Of a DNA stretch of 64,000 nt, positions 7,507 through 18,266 are shown in pieces. The stretch is from the NCBI GenBank assembly GCA_034530875.2, contig JAVRCJ020000031.1, forward strand, positions 1 through 64,000, read 5' to 3'. The DNA comes from Nostoc sp. DedSLP01 (lineage in GTDB: Bacteria > Cyanobacteriota > Cyanobacteriia > Cyanobacteriales > Nostocaceae). Under the pieces are notes generated by a model. That model searched no databases, had not been told where the DNA came from, and saw only the letters and a list, made by a program, of their open reading frames with translations. Numbering within the stretch: position 1 is the first letter of the stretch; every line of letters starts with the position of its first letter. The translations under genes and the position numbers were made by a program.

Positions 7507-8634
7507 ATGGCTCTCAATTTTCGGTTTGCGGTAGTCAGTGACTTACACTTAGCACTTCCCCACACAATCTGGAATCATCCTAGTCGCTTTCATCTGGTGG
7601 AAGTTAGTATTTCGGCATTTGAAAGTGTACTAGAGCATTTAACACAACTAGATTTAGATTTCCTGTTGTTACCAGGAGATTTAACTCAGCACGGCGAACC
7701 AGAAAATCACGCTTGGTTGCAACAAAGGTTAGCGCAGCTACCTTTTCCCACCTATGTTGTTCCTGGGAATCATGACGTTCCTGTGATGTTTGGCGATCGC
7801 CAATCAATTGCTTTTGCCGATTTTCCCTACTATTACACTAAGTGCGGCTATGAAGATCCGCAACAAATGTACTACATTCGTCAGTTGCTACCAGGTGTCA
7901 AGCTGATTGGATTGAATTCTAACTCTTTTAACGACCAAGGCGAGCAGATCGGATGTTTGGATAGCAAACAGCTTCGCTGGTTAGAAGAAGTGCTAGCTGC
8001 GTTCGCCGATGAATTAATTCTGGTGATGGTGCATCATAATGCGATCGAACACTTGCCCAACCAATCGAATCATCCGTTAGCAAATCGCTATATGTTGGCA
8101 AATTCAGCACAATTGGTGCAATTGCTCAAGCGCTACGGAGTAAAGCTAGTGTTTACGGGGCATTTGCACGTTCAGGACGTTGCCTATTCAGACGGGGTGT
8201 ATGATATTACCACTGGTTCTTTAGTTAGCTATCCTCACCCTTATCGAGTGCTAGAGTTCCATCGGGATAACCAAGGTAGAGAATGGTTGCAAATTTTATC
8301 TCATAGGGTAGAGTCAGTGCCCGATTTCCCCGACTTACAGCAGTCATCGCGACAGTGGATGGGCGATCGCTCTTTCCCCTTTTTAATCAAACTACTTACT
8401 AACTCTCCTTTAAACTTACCATTATCACAAGCCAAAGAATTAGCTCCTGGTTTGCGTGACTTTTGGGCAACTATTGCCGATGGCGATGCCGTCTTAGATT
8501 ACCCCCATTTTCCCCAAGAAGTGCGACGCTACATTCAGACTTATGGCGCATCGCAGCCCAACCCAAGCACTCCCACAGGTGGTACTCTAACTTTGATTGA
8601 TAATAACAGTACGCTTTTGCTGGATAGGAGTTAG
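7507..8634 (+). CDS. Calcineurin-like metallophosphoesterase
   Basis: SDLH, PGDLT, PGNHD, HH and TGHLH metal-binding motifs. Confidence 0.9.
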   Translation: MALNFRFAVVSDLHLALPHTIWNHPSRFHLVEVSISAFESVLEHLTQLDLDFLLLPGDLTQHGEPENHAWLQQRLAQLPFPTYVVPGNHDVPVMFGDRQSIAFADFPYYYTKCGYEDPQQMYYIRQLLPGVKLIGLNSNSFNDQGEQIGCLDSKQLRWLEEVLAAFADELILVMVHHNAIEHLPNQSNHPLANRYMLANSAQLVQLLKRYGVKLVFTGHLHVQDVAYSDGVYDITTGSLVSYPHPYRVLEFHRDNQGREWLQILSHRVESVPDFPDLQQSSRQWMGDRSFPFLIKLLTNSPLNLPLSQAKELAPGLRDFWATIADGDAVLDYPHFPQEVRRYIQTYGASQPNPSTPTGGTLTLIDNNSTLLLDRS

Positions 8635-8828
8635 GATTGGGGGCTGGGGACTGGTGACTGGTGACTGGTGACTGGGGACTGGGGAGATAGGGAGATGGGG
8701 AGATGGGGGAGTGGGGGGAGAGAGGGGAGTGTGGGGAGTGTGGGGGGAAAGATTTCTTCCCCATCCTCCTACACCTCCCACACCTCCCACACTCCCCCAA
8801 TCCCTAATCCCCAATCACCAGTCCCCAG
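8633..8828. repeat. STRR-type short tandem/inverted repeat block
   Basis: (gactggt)n, ggggagatg, and the complementary cccacacct/ccccaat/ccagtc tracts between convergent genes. Confidence 0.85.
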
Positions 8829-10061
8829 TCATTGATTTTGCCGACAAATTCCAAATGCTGAAGTATAGGCGTGTAGGAAGGTTCTGCCGCCAACAGGGCC
8901 GATTTCACCGCCACAGAAAAAGCCGCCTACAGGAATATCTTTGAGGTAGCGTCTAAATATTTCGGAATCAAAATTGGGTTTACCATACAGTCCTTCGCCT
9001 CTTCCGAGACAGGCGAACATTAAAGCAGCTGCGGCAGAGGGTTCAGAACTTCGTTGTTCTTGATAACTTTGGAGAAGTAATTCTAAGTCTTCGGCGGAGG
9101 CTTCGGCATCGCGGAGGTGGAATTGTAGCCTTTGGCCGGGACGAACGCGATCGCCAATTGCGATCGCTCCTGCGGTAGGATCTACACCGAGAATACCGCG
9201 AATTAAAAAGTCTCCCTGTTTTAAAGCCAGCTTAAATTCATCCATTGCTACACCCACAAACAAAGAGTGCTGTGCGAGAGTGCGTTCTTCTTCGCTGAGA
9301 CTGGCAATCAAATCTCGTAATACGATTAAAGGTATTTGGTCGTCTAACTCTAGAATGATATTGCGATCGGCTTTTGTGACTTGCAAAGGTTTACCAATGG
9401 GCCGACATCCTTGGGCGACAATAGTTTCCAAAATAATATTTCCAGTCAAAGCTATGCCAAGAGTGCCCTCCCGATACAAGTGTTGACCCAAATCACCGCA
9501 GTCATCTTTACAAAATAGCCCAACACGGCCGCCCATACCGCCGCCACTAGCTTGCCCCCCAACTATAACCGAACCTGGATAAGCAAAATCCAGCCCTTGC
9601 AGCAAATCGTTAATTCCAGAAGCGAAGGAACTAGACAGCAAAATAAACTGGGGTCTGGCTGATGGTGGTACGCCAACCAAATCAACCCAAGCATCCGGCG
9701 AACTATCTAAGTCGGGCAATTCTTCGGCAACGACATGAAACACTCGAACTTCTACCCCTGGAAGATGCGCTAAAGTTAGGCTGATAGCCGGTTCAGCTTC
9801 CAGTTCTTCAGTTTCTCCGCTAACTGTTGTCCCAATCACACCTCCACCACTACAGCCAATCAGCACAGGCACAGAAAGTTTCTCTGCCAGCAGAGGTAAT
9901 AGTCGAGAATACTCACTAGTAAAAGCAGACGAAATGAATACCAGCCCTAAATCCGCAGGCGCTGTTAACGACGAGACAGCTCGTTGTACAACATCTGCAA
10001 CTGCTGCTTCTAATGAATGATGGGTTGATAGGGCATTTGCCCACTGCATTTGGTCTGCCAT
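8829..10061 (-). CDS. FIST N/C domain signal-transduction protein
   Basis: GCSGGGVIG, VAQGCRPIG, QFHLRDA, FACLGRG and GFFCGGEIGP. Confidence 0.9.
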   Translation of the reverse strand: MADQMQWANALSTHHSLEAAVADVVQRAVSSLTAPADLGLVFISSAFTSEYSRLLPLLAEKLSVPVLIGCSGGGVIGTTVSGETEELEAEPAISLTLAHLPGVEVRVFHVVAEELPDLDSSPDAWVDLVGVPPSARPQFILLSSSFASGINDLLQGLDFAYPGSVIVGGQASGGGMGGRVGLFCKDDCGDLGQHLYREGTLGIALTGNIILETIVAQGCRPIGKPLQVTKADRNIILELDDQIPLIVLRDLIASLSEEERTLAQHSLFVGVAMDEFKLALKQGDFLIRGILGVDPTAGAIAIGDRVRPGQRLQFHLRDAEASAEDLELLLQSYQEQRSSEPSAAAALMFACLGRGEGLYGKPNFDSEIFRRYLKDIPVGGFFCGGEIGPVGGRTFLHAYTSAFGICRQNQ

Positions 10062-10436
10062 GAGTTTTGGGCTTCTTTTGCTTGTTAGGCTAGTAGTTTT
10101 TGATTTTTCATTGTGCCGAAGAATTGCATCTTACAAGAGTTGACACCACTTGTTTATATTTACTATCCTACGAAACTGGGGGCTATCATTCCCTAATACA
10201 TGCATCTAAATATATTGTATGATTATCTATCTGTAGTAATAATTCCATCAAATCTTAAAAAATAAAGATGAATTCATTGTAAATGTCATAGTTTCGTGTA
10301 TTGATTAAAAATCAATAGACTAAAAGGTTAACTTAATTATCAGCCGATTGGTTAAAATGGTTAGTAATAAAACCAAAAACTGCCATTTTTCAAGTTTTTC
10401 TATACTAGTACTAACAACACAACGAGACTAAAACCA

Positions 10437-10682
10437 ATGACCAACATTCAAGAAACAGCAAAGAACGACATCCAAGAAAAAATTCAAGAAGGAGTCCAAG
10501 AAGCGCGTACTGTCTGCGATATCAACGGTAGCAACTCACCAGAGTGTGCTGCGGCTTGGGATGCAGTAGAAGAATTACAAGCCGAAGCTTCTCACCAGCG
10601 TCAAAATAAGGTGAAAAATTCACTAGAACAGTATTGCGATGACAACCCAGAAGCAATTGAATGCCGGGTTTACGACGAATAG
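10437..10682 (+). CDS. cp12: Calvin cycle protein CP12
   Basis: C...ECAAAWDAVEEL and YCDDNPEAIECRVYDE. Confidence 0.95.
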   Translation: MTNIQETAKNDIQEKIQEGVQEARTVCDINGSNSPECAAAWDAVEELQAEASHQRQNKVKNSLEQYCDDNPEAIECRVYDE

Positions 10683-11102
10683 AAATTGAGTTGCTGAATT
10701 TTCTTTTTGTTTGCCCACTAAGCAACCAAGATTTATTTATTGATATTATGCACCTTCAGATAACTCCTGTTTACAATCCGAACTCTGGCACATTTGCCAT
10801 CTTTGCGAGATGGTAAAGAATTGCCTAAAAATCTAGAGTTAGGGATTTTTATTTACGAGGTAAAACTTTACACCTTAAAGAATTCGGAGTTTTCAGCAAA
10901 ACTGTCAAATGTAAAGCTACTGAGTTAGTTTAATAACTTTTGCAAATGCTATTACATTTAAGTAGTGCAAAATCAAAATTTAAAATCATTGAATTGTTTG
11001 TTGTTTTGGCAAATAGAGAAATTCAGGAAAGTCAATTAAGTAACTGAGACAACTTGATCCTGTAATACGTGTTACAAATATTTTTGTAACAAATTAATTC
11101 TT

Positions 11103-11132
11103 TGTAGGGGCGTACATGAGTGCGCCCCTACA
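11103..11132. repeat. GTAG-type REP-like palindrome
   Basis: tgtaggggcgtac-atga-gtgcgcccctaca; a half copy (gtgcgcccctac) lies at about 137-148. Confidence 0.65.
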
Positions 11133-11341
11133 ATATTTCTAAGTCTTCGCATTCTTTGCGTTCTTAGTCGCTAATTAAAAAAGCAATTTTCACAAATGGA
11201 ATAGAATTGCTATATTTAATACCTTAGAGATATGTCAGAGTTGATTGACTGGGACAATAATTTTTCGTACCACTTTCCAGAACTGATTAATTCTGAATTC
11301 TAAATTCTCGATTCTTCTTCAGCGATCGTTTGAGAAAAACT

Positions 11342-11938
11342 ATGGATTATAATATTTGGTTTCGCCCTTTTGTCTGGATTGATTACCGACTGGCAGTATT
11401 ATTTCTGGTAATTATTCCGCTAATTCTGCTGATTTGGGCATTTGTGCAAAAAGCGGAAGGCATACAAAAGTTGTTAAGTATATATTGGCGCGTATCAAGC
11501 TTGCTGGCAATCACAGTTTATCTAATGATTGCTCAGTATCCAGTGAGCTTTATTTCCGCATTGATGGCTCAGATTTTGATCCCGATTTCGCTATGGTTTT
11601 GGGTGGATATCAACGATGAAATTGAGTATCAAAATAGTGGCTCGTTAAAGTTAATTTTTACTTCTTGGCGCTGGGCAGCAACTGTTTATTGTCTTTTAGG
11701 TGCAGTAGCTTCTACACTTTTTTTAGGTTGTGCTTTTTCTGGTAATCTCCTGAAAACCTCCTATTGTCGCGTCTGGTTCGAGGCTCCATTAATGTTCAAA
11801 GAATATTTTCACGCTAATAGTAAAGCTGAGTTTTTAGGTTTCCTGGGCATCACAAGTTTAGTAATTTATGTACTGTATTTAAGTTATTTTGTCCTGATTA
11901 AGCTAGGGAAGCAGGGACGTACAGCTACCCCTCACTAA
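11342..11938 (+). CDS. Conserved cyanobacterial membrane protein (DUF3177-like)
   Basis: DYRLAVLF, YWRVSSLLAITVYL and SLWFWVDIN; several TM segments; ATG at 11342 preferred. Confidence 0.75.
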   Translation: MDYNIWFRPFVWIDYRLAVLFLVIIPLILLIWAFVQKAEGIQKLLSIYWRVSSLLAITVYLMIAQYPVSFISALMAQILIPISLWFWVDINDEIEYQNSGSLKLIFTSWRWAATVYCLLGAVASTLFLGCAFSGNLLKTSYCRVWFEAPLMFKEYFHANSKAEFLGFLGITSLVIYVLYLSYFVLIKLGKQGRTATPH

Positions 11939-11984
11939 TCATCATTGTGCTGCAATTTAAAATTGAAAATTTCAATTTCCAAAG

Positions 11985-12281
11985 ATGAATTCCATTGGCA
12001 AGCGACTGGAACAATATACTATTAAACGTCCCCAAGAAGTTTTACTAGTAACAGTAGAAATTGCTGGCAACGAAGATACGATTGCTATTTTTAAAGGTTT
12101 TTCTAGTTCCTTGATGCACCCTACAGCATTCGATCCGGATGTGCCAGTTCTACCAGATGGGGCAATTATTCTCAATATTGACCGGGTAGCTAGTCCTTAC
12201 AATCCTGAAGCTCCTCGTTACATTCAACAAGGAGTTTCTTGGGAAGCTATGCAAATTCTATTGTCAGAGGTGGGAGCCTAA
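11985..12281 (+). CDS. Conserved cyanobacterial hypothetical protein
   Basis: 98 aa; IFKGFSSSLMHPTAFDPD and IDR..SPYNP. Confidence 0.75.
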   Translation: MNSIGKRLEQYTIKRPQEVLLVTVEIAGNEDTIAIFKGFSSSLMHPTAFDPDVPVLPDGAIILNIDRVASPYNPEAPRYIQQGVSWEAMQILLSEVGA

Positions 12282-12398
12282 GTAATACCAATTCGCAATG
12301 GGCTACGCCCCGCTACACTAACGCAATTAAGAAAATCAGATATAGTCTATGTTTCGGGGCTTAGATGTGTTGCCTGATTTTAGAGAATTGGTATTACT
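12281..12398. mobile_element. MITE-like short element with 14-bp terminal inverted repeats
   Basis: agtaataccaattc ... gaattggtattact; non-coding interior. Confidence 0.5.
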
Positions 12399-12575
12399 CT
12401 ATACCTTATGTAAATGAAATCTGCTGTATCTTCAAACAAAAAGCCCCGCGAGAAGATACGGGGCGAATACGTGCTATTTCACCTTATAGAACAATTGTAC
12501 TATAAAGAGTATTAAAAACAAAACCTAAGGTTGTGTAGAGTTTTCCTTTCCTAGAACCCAAACCTTTTAATTGAT

Positions 12576-15500
12576 TTAACTAACAAGCTTCTCTCCTTTG
12601 AGCATCCGTGATGCAGCTTCTAGTAACGCTTCTTCAAGATAAGGCTTGGTAAAGTAGCCACTTGCACCGAGTTGAACTGCCATTTGTCTGTGCTTGTCTG
12701 CACCCCGTGAGGTGAGCATCGCAATGGGTAGGTGGTTGAGGTTGGAATCTTTCTGGATGCGAGAGAGTAACTCCAGACCATCGCAACGCGGCATCTCAAT
12801 GTCACAGAATACGATATCACAAGGTAGACCAGAACGGAGTTTATCCCAAGCTTCCTGACCATCACGCGCTTGTTCTACGCGATAACCTGCTTTGTTGAAT
12901 GTCAAAGAAAGCAATTCTCGGACTGTGATTGAGTCATCAACAATTAGCACCGTTGGGTCAATCTTGGTAGCTGGAGCATCTGTAGGAGTAGATTTTTGTT
13001 GCCAAGAACCGCCACCAACTTGTGTAGAAATTCTTCCTTGGAAGATGTCGATGATTTCTAGCACGTCGGCGATAGGCATAATCCGACCATCACCGAGAAC
13101 TGTGGCGCCAGCTACACCAATGGGTTTAGGCGCTGGCCCTTCAAATTGTTTAATTACAATTTCTTGTTCGCTCAACACCAAATCAATCTGTAGAGCAATC
13201 AGCGTATTTGCCGATCGCACCACAACCACAGAAACCATATCATCATCTCGGTTACCGCCATACACATTACCGCGACTAATTTGGCGATTGAAAGTTAAAA
13301 GTTCTTTCAAAGGTCGGAATGGCAGCAGAGTATCGCGCCAGGAAATAAATGATTGTCCGTTGGCGTTATGCTGAATGTTTTTGACTGGGATATCGAGGGT
13401 ATCTTCTACACCGTCCATCGGGAAAGCAATTCTGGCTCTATCGGAGACACAACACAGAGCTTTACAAATACTCAAAGTCAGCGGCAAACGAATTGTGAAA
13501 GTCGTTCCCTTGCCAATTGCAGAATCGGTATTTACTGTACCCCGAATTTCGCTAATTGCCGAACGCACCACATCCATACCGACGCCGCGGCCAGAAATTT
13601 CGTCTGCCTGGTCTTTGATGCTAAACCCAGACTGGAATAATAGATCGTAGACTTCCAGGCGAGATATGGTTTTCGCCTGAGCTTCTGTAATCATGCCAAT
13701 TTTGATTGCCTTAGCCTTAACCCGTGCGGGATCGATACCTGCGCCGTCATCGCCTACAGAAATTACAGTTTGATTACCTTGGTGGAAGGCACGGATAGTA
13801 ATGATGCCTACAGGTGGCTTACCAGCAGCTTGCCTTTGTTCTGGCGTTTCAATCCCGTGAGCGATCGCATTATTGAGCATGTGCGTCAGCGGATCGGTGA
13901 GATGATCTAAAATCATCTTGTCAATTAAAGTATCGCCACCTTCAATTACCAACTCCACTTGTTTGCCGCACTTGATGGCATTGTCGCGCACACCCCGCCG
14001 CCAGCGATCGATTGTTTGGGCAAAAGGCACCATTCGCGCTCTAGTCAGTCCCTCTTGTAGCTGGGTAGTTACCTGGCGGAATTGCCGTGCGACTCGTTCG
14101 GTTTCTTCGGTAACGAAATCAATGTCACTAGCTGACTCCCGCACTCGGACAATACGCTCAATCATCTGCTGGGAGAGGGTGTGGAAGGGAGTAAAGCGAT
14201 CCATTTCTAGTTCGCTAAAACCTCTATCGGAATTAGAGTCCTGTGAATCGGAGCCAGAGTCTTTACCTTTGCGTCCGGCTAACAAAGAAGCTTCTAAAAG
14301 CGATCGCTCGTACAACTCTTGCATCCTTGCTCCCACATCCGAGAGTTGTTGCACCTGAATCAGCAAGTTATCTAGTGATTGCCGCAGTCTTTCGTGATCC
14401 TGCTCCAAGGTGTTGCGATTCACCACCAACTCGCCAACTAAATTACTCATATCGTCCAGTTGCTTAACTGGAACCTTCATCGTTTCTTCAAATCTTGTAG
14501 CACGACGATTAGAGGGACGTGGAGTTTTATTATTTGTGTTTGTTTTTGCCAGCGCCGAGTGTGATATTGTTTGATCCGCTTCTGCCAGCAACTTCTCCAA
14601 GTCGCTAAATTCATCTATGCGTGGTGATGGAGTCGCAGTTGTCGCTGGGATTGGTTGAGTTAAAGGTTGGGGTTGGCGTAATCCGTCGTAAGCACCGCTA
14701 GATACGGCTGGCTCATTCTTATCTGTACCCAGCAATTCTTCCAAAGCAGCAAAATCTAAGTCTGGTATCTCCTTAGCTTTGGAGACAGGCGCAACTTCTT
14801 CTCCTAGTAACGCTTCCAAATTCGCAAATTCATCTTCTACAGCAGCTACTTCAACCGTTTCTGCTAATTCTTCAGTAGGTGCAACAGTGCTTTCTGATTC
14901 TAGTGCAATTGCCAAATTCGCTTTTAGATTATCATCTGTTTCTACACTTTCTTGAATAGTTGTTTGTCCAAATTCTGCTGCGTCTTCTCCTAATTCTGTT
15001 TCTAACAAAGGAGTTTCTGTAAACAAAAAATCATTCGCAAAATTCAGGTCTGCACTTTCCAAAGCTGCATTTTCTGCGAACTCCAAAGCAGTTTCTAAAC
15101 TATTATTTTCAGTATTTAAAACTTCTGGGTTTGTCTGGAATAAAGTAGAAGTTTCTAAAGCCAATAATTCAGCCGCCACATCATCTGTGGTTTCCATCTG
15201 AATATAGGTGGCATCATTAACGGCTACATCCTCAAACAGTAGCTGTGAATTTTCATCAACAGAATCGAATAAATCGCCTAGTTGTGCTTGGGGTAATTCG
15301 GAAGTTTCTAAAGCCGATAATTCAGCCACCACATCATCTGTGGTTTCCATCTGGATATAGGTGGCATCATTAACGGCTACATCCTCAAACAGTAGCTGTG
15401 AATTTTCATCAACAGAATCGAATAAATCACCTAGTTGTGCTTGGGGTAATTCGGAAGTTTCTAAAGCCGATAATTCAGCCGCCACATCATCTGTGGTTTC

Positions 15501-18164
15501 CATCTGGATATAGGTGGCATCATTAACGGCTACATCCTCAAACAGTAGTGGTGAATTTTCATCAACAGAATCGAATAAATCACCTAGTTGTGCTTGGGGT
15601 AATTCTGAAGTTTCTAAAGCCGATAATTCAGCCACCACATCATCTGTGGTTTCCATCTGGATATAGGTGGCATCATTAACGGCTACATTCTCAAACAGCA
15701 GTTGTGAATTTTCATCAACAGAGGCAAAAGAATCAAGGTCTAGTTCCGGAGGTGTTTGAGCAGAATCAATAGTAGATATCTCTGGGGACTGATTAGTAAA
15801 TTCTGGAATAAAATCTACAGCTTCTGGTTGTTGCGATAAGTTGTGAATTTCCTCTACTACAGGATACTGAGCGAATAATGGGGTTGATTCTTCTATTAGC
15901 AGTGATTCGCTAATTTCAGGAAAAATTGTTGAATTATTTGGTGTTAAATCCTCAAATAAATCATCATTAGTATCCGATGATAATATCAGATCTAGTTGTT
16001 CTTCATCCTGGAAATTTAAATCAAAATCTTCTATTTCAAAACTGTTTATAGGAGAAGCAGCAGACTGTTGACTATCAGCAAAAATATCATCAGTCGCAGT
16101 AAATAAATTTTCTTCTAAGGCATTTTCTATATTATGTTCAATTAAGGAGTCAAATTCGTTTTCTAGTTGTACTGTAGTTTCTTGATTCCAGAAATTGCTC
16201 AAATCGTCTTCTGTTGGAGAAAAATCAGATGCCGTTTCCGGAGGTGTATCAAATAAATTACTAATTTGTGAATCAGTCGTAGATAATAATTCTTCTGTTT
16301 CTATTTCAAATGGATTTTCTAATTCCAAATCTTGTGACTGAGGTAATTCTATGTAGTCATTAGAAGTAATTTCTTTTACCCAGTTTTTATTTTCAGTTTC
16401 TAACAAGAAGTTATCAAGATTATTTTCTCGATCGCTCGATAATTCTATACTCTGGTTAACCTCATTTTCTGATTGAGTTACATCGCCTATACTCAAGAGG
16501 TCGTTTTCATCATCTAGTGTTATTGCCAATAAATCTGCAAACAAATCGTTATCATTGTCGCTGGTTTTGACAATTTCTTCTATTGGTTGTTCTAAAAATT
16601 CTTGTAAAATATTCTCGGAATTTAAATCGAGTTCGTTGAGTTCGTTTAACTCTATATTCGTCGCCAAGATTTCTCGATCTTGCTGTTTGGGATTTTCCTT
16701 TTCTAGGAAGTTTTCACCAAATAACAGAGATAAATCTTCTGTCTTAGCTGTGGTTGTGGCTTGCTGTTCGTTACTGGCGGTATCTTCATCAAATGAGAGT
16801 AAATCTGATAAATCACCATCAGTATCCTCAGTTTCATTGCTGGCGAAGTCAATTCCTAATGCATCTGTATCAGTAATATCTAAACTTGCTTCTGGTTGCC
16901 AATTTTCATCTAGGTCGGGAGTTTCGCCTTCAAATAAATCGGCAAGGGTATTTAACTCAGCTATTCCTACCTCTGGGCCATTCGGATCGTGGTTTTTACT
17001 GATGGGATGCACTTCCTCATGTGATGTGAGAGGAAAGTTAATTAAAGGTGCGGCGTTGAGCGATCGTTGTAACTCGAAAGACGAGGATTCATTAATATCT
17101 TCGTCTAGATTAAGTTCTTCAATTGGCTCAGATAAGTTAGTTATAGCTAACTGTTGGCTGTCCTCAGTCTCTTGAGGAATTGGTTCTGGTAAAGACTGTT
17201 CGTCAGCCAAATTAGCAGCAACTTCTAACAACTCAATTTCTGCGAAGTTCAAAAGTGCTTCTAGTTGTTGACTAATTGCAATTTCGGCTTCCCTGCCTTG
17301 TAGAACTAATTCTTGAGCTTGCTTGATTTCAGTGATGACAATTTTAGCTAAAGTGAGATAAGTATTTTCTGGATTGGCGATCGCACTTGCTGCGGCTTGA
17401 CACAAACCGCACCAGTTGGGCAAATTCCAAGCCTCACCAAGTTTGACTAACTGGTAACAGCATTCTTGGAGATTTTGCCGAGTTGAAGATGTTGTTGTTT
17501 GCTTAAACAGTTGCAACATTTCCCGCAGTGTTTGTAGCACCTGGGTTTGAAACTCGCTCCAATCGCGATTTTCGTTGGCGTTGGCTGAGGATGATGCCTC
17601 CCCAGATGCAGAGAAAGATATTTCTGTAGTTTCTTCTGCCGAACCGGGAATATCTCGCCGCAGGAAAAGTTCTGTGAGTGTGGAGACATTCTCTACAGAA
17701 CCTGCCAGTTCTGTTGCAGATGTGGCTGCTCCACTGTTTCCTTGTTCTACAAGTTGTTCTAAATGCTCGTTTAGCCACTTAAAGACAGGCTCGGTTTCTG
17801 ACATTAATGTATTAGCTGTCTCTTCAGAAAGCCCATAAGGCCCGCTTAAATGCTCTAATAGTGCTTTGAGGGTATCAGAGACGCCGAGAAATAAAGACTC
17901 TAACTTTTGGTCAATCTGAACCGGATGTTCTTTAAGAACTTTGAAACAATCTTCCAGACGGTGGGATGTATGCTGGATGCTAGTCAAGCCAAGCATTGCA
18001 GCTCCTCCTTTGATAGAGTGAGCCGCCCGGAAGACTTCGCTAATCATTTCCGGGTCGTTGAGGGTACTTTCCAGATTTAGCAACCCTTGCTCAATGGTAT
18101 TGAGATGGTCTCTGGCTTCTTCAATAAAGTAACCCAAAATCCGCTGTTGTTGTTCCGGCAGCAT
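12576..18164 (-). CDS. hmpE: CheA-like hybrid kinase (Hpt, acidic linker, HATPase, CheW, REC)
   Basis: FRAAHSIKG Hpt, NNAIAHGIE, DDGAGID, SGRGVGMDVV, CheW domain and C-terminal receiver. Confidence 0.9.
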   Translation of the reverse strand: MLPEQQQRILGYFIEEARDHLNTIEQGLLNLESTLNDPEMISEVFRAAHSIKGGAAMLGLTSIQHTSHRLEDCFKVLKEHPVQIDQKLESLFLGVSDTLKALLEHLSGPYGLSEETANTLMSETEPVFKWLNEHLEQLVEQGNSGAATSATELAGSVENVSTLTELFLRRDIPGSAEETTEISFSASGEASSSANANENRDWSEFQTQVLQTLREMLQLFKQTTTSSTRQNLQECCYQLVKLGEAWNLPNWCGLCQAAASAIANPENTYLTLAKIVITEIKQAQELVLQGREAEIAISQQLEALLNFAEIELLEVAANLADEQSLPEPIPQETEDSQQLAITNLSEPIEELNLDEDINESSSFELQRSLNAAPLINFPLTSHEEVHPISKNHDPNGPEVGIAELNTLADLFEGETPDLDENWQPEASLDITDTDALGIDFASNETEDTDGDLSDLLSFDEDTASNEQQATTTAKTEDLSLLFGENFLEKENPKQQDREILATNIELNELNELDLNSENILQEFLEQPIEEIVKTSDNDNDLFADLLAITLDDENDLLSIGDVTQSENEVNQSIELSSDRENNLDNFLLETENKNWVKEITSNDYIELPQSQDLELENPFEIETEELLSTTDSQISNLFDTPPETASDFSPTEDDLSNFWNQETTVQLENEFDSLIEHNIENALEENLFTATDDIFADSQQSAASPINSFEIEDFDLNFQDEEQLDLILSSDTNDDLFEDLTPNNSTIFPEISESLLIEESTPLFAQYPVVEEIHNLSQQPEAVDFIPEFTNQSPEISTIDSAQTPPELDLDSFASVDENSQLLFENVAVNDATYIQMETTDDVVAELSALETSELPQAQLGDLFDSVDENSPLLFEDVAVNDATYIQMETTDDVAAELSALETSELPQAQLGDLFDSVDENSQLLFEDVAVNDATYIQMETTDDVVAELSALETSELPQAQLGDLFDSVDENSQLLFEDVAVNDATYIQMETTDDVAAELLALETSTLFQTNPEVLNTENNSLETALEFAENAALESADLNFANDFLFTETPLLETELGEDAAEFGQTTIQESVETDDNLKANLAIALESESTVAPTEELAETVEVAAVEDEFANLEALLGEEVAPVSKAKEIPDLDFAALEELLGTDKNEPAVSSGAYDGLRQPQPLTQPIPATTATPSPRIDEFSDLEKLLAEADQTISHSALAKTNTNNKTPRPSNRRATRFEETMKVPVKQLDDMSNLVGELVVNRNTLEQDHERLRQSLDNLLIQVQQLSDVGARMQELYERSLLEASLLAGRKGKDSGSDSQDSNSDRGFSELEMDRFTPFHTLSQQMIERIVRVRESASDIDFVTEETERVARQFRQVTTQLQEGLTRARMVPFAQTIDRWRRGVRDNAIKCGKQVELVIEGGDTLIDKMILDHLTDPLTHMLNNAIAHGIETPEQRQAAGKPPVGIITIRAFHQGNQTVISVGDDGAGIDPARVKAKAIKIGMITEAQAKTISRLEVYDLLFQSGFSIKDQADEISGRGVGMDVVRSAISEIRGTVNTDSAIGKGTTFTIRLPLTLSICKALCCVSDRARIAFPMDGVEDTLDIPVKNIQHNANGQSFISWRDTLLPFRPLKELLTFNRQISRGNVYGGNRDDDMVSVVVVRSANTLIALQIDLVLSEQEIVIKQFEGPAPKPIGVAGATVLGDGRIMPIADVLEIIDIFQGRISTQVGGGSWQQKSTPTDAPATKIDPTVLIVDDSITVRELLSLTFNKAGYRVEQARDGQEAWDKLRSGLPCDIVFCDIEMPRCDGLELLSRIQKDSNLNHLPIAMLTSRGADKHRQMAVQLGASGYFTKPYLEEALLEAASRMLKGEKLVS
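15148..15722 (-). repeat. 153-bp (51-aa) near-perfect tandem repeat, about 3.8 copies, inside the HmpE linker
   Basis: DSVDENSQLLFEDVAVNDATYIQMETTDDV(V/A)AELSALETSELPQAQLGDLF; tcatctgtggtttccat recurs every 153 nt. Confidence 0.95.
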
Positions 18165-18175
18165 AGCAAAAGTTA

Positions 18176-18263
18176 TGAGTTATGAGTTGTGAGTTGTGAG
18201 TTATGAGTTGTGAGTTATGAGTTGTAATTTTTATTTTTAACTCCTCACTCCTAACTCCTAACT
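18176..18263. repeat. STRR 7-nt tandem repeat with inverted partner
   Basis: (tgagtta/tgagttg)n ... (taactcc)n. Confidence 0.8.
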
Positions 18264-18266
18264 TTT

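Noticed and set aside
8471..8944. ORFs over STRR blocks (also 41498-41905 and 58651-58930)
   Set aside because: They are translations of low-complexity repeats with no RBS or domain signal
11061..11076. NtcA-like site GTA-N8-TAC
   Set aside because: No properly spaced -10 box is visible and it is far from the next start; it may be chance
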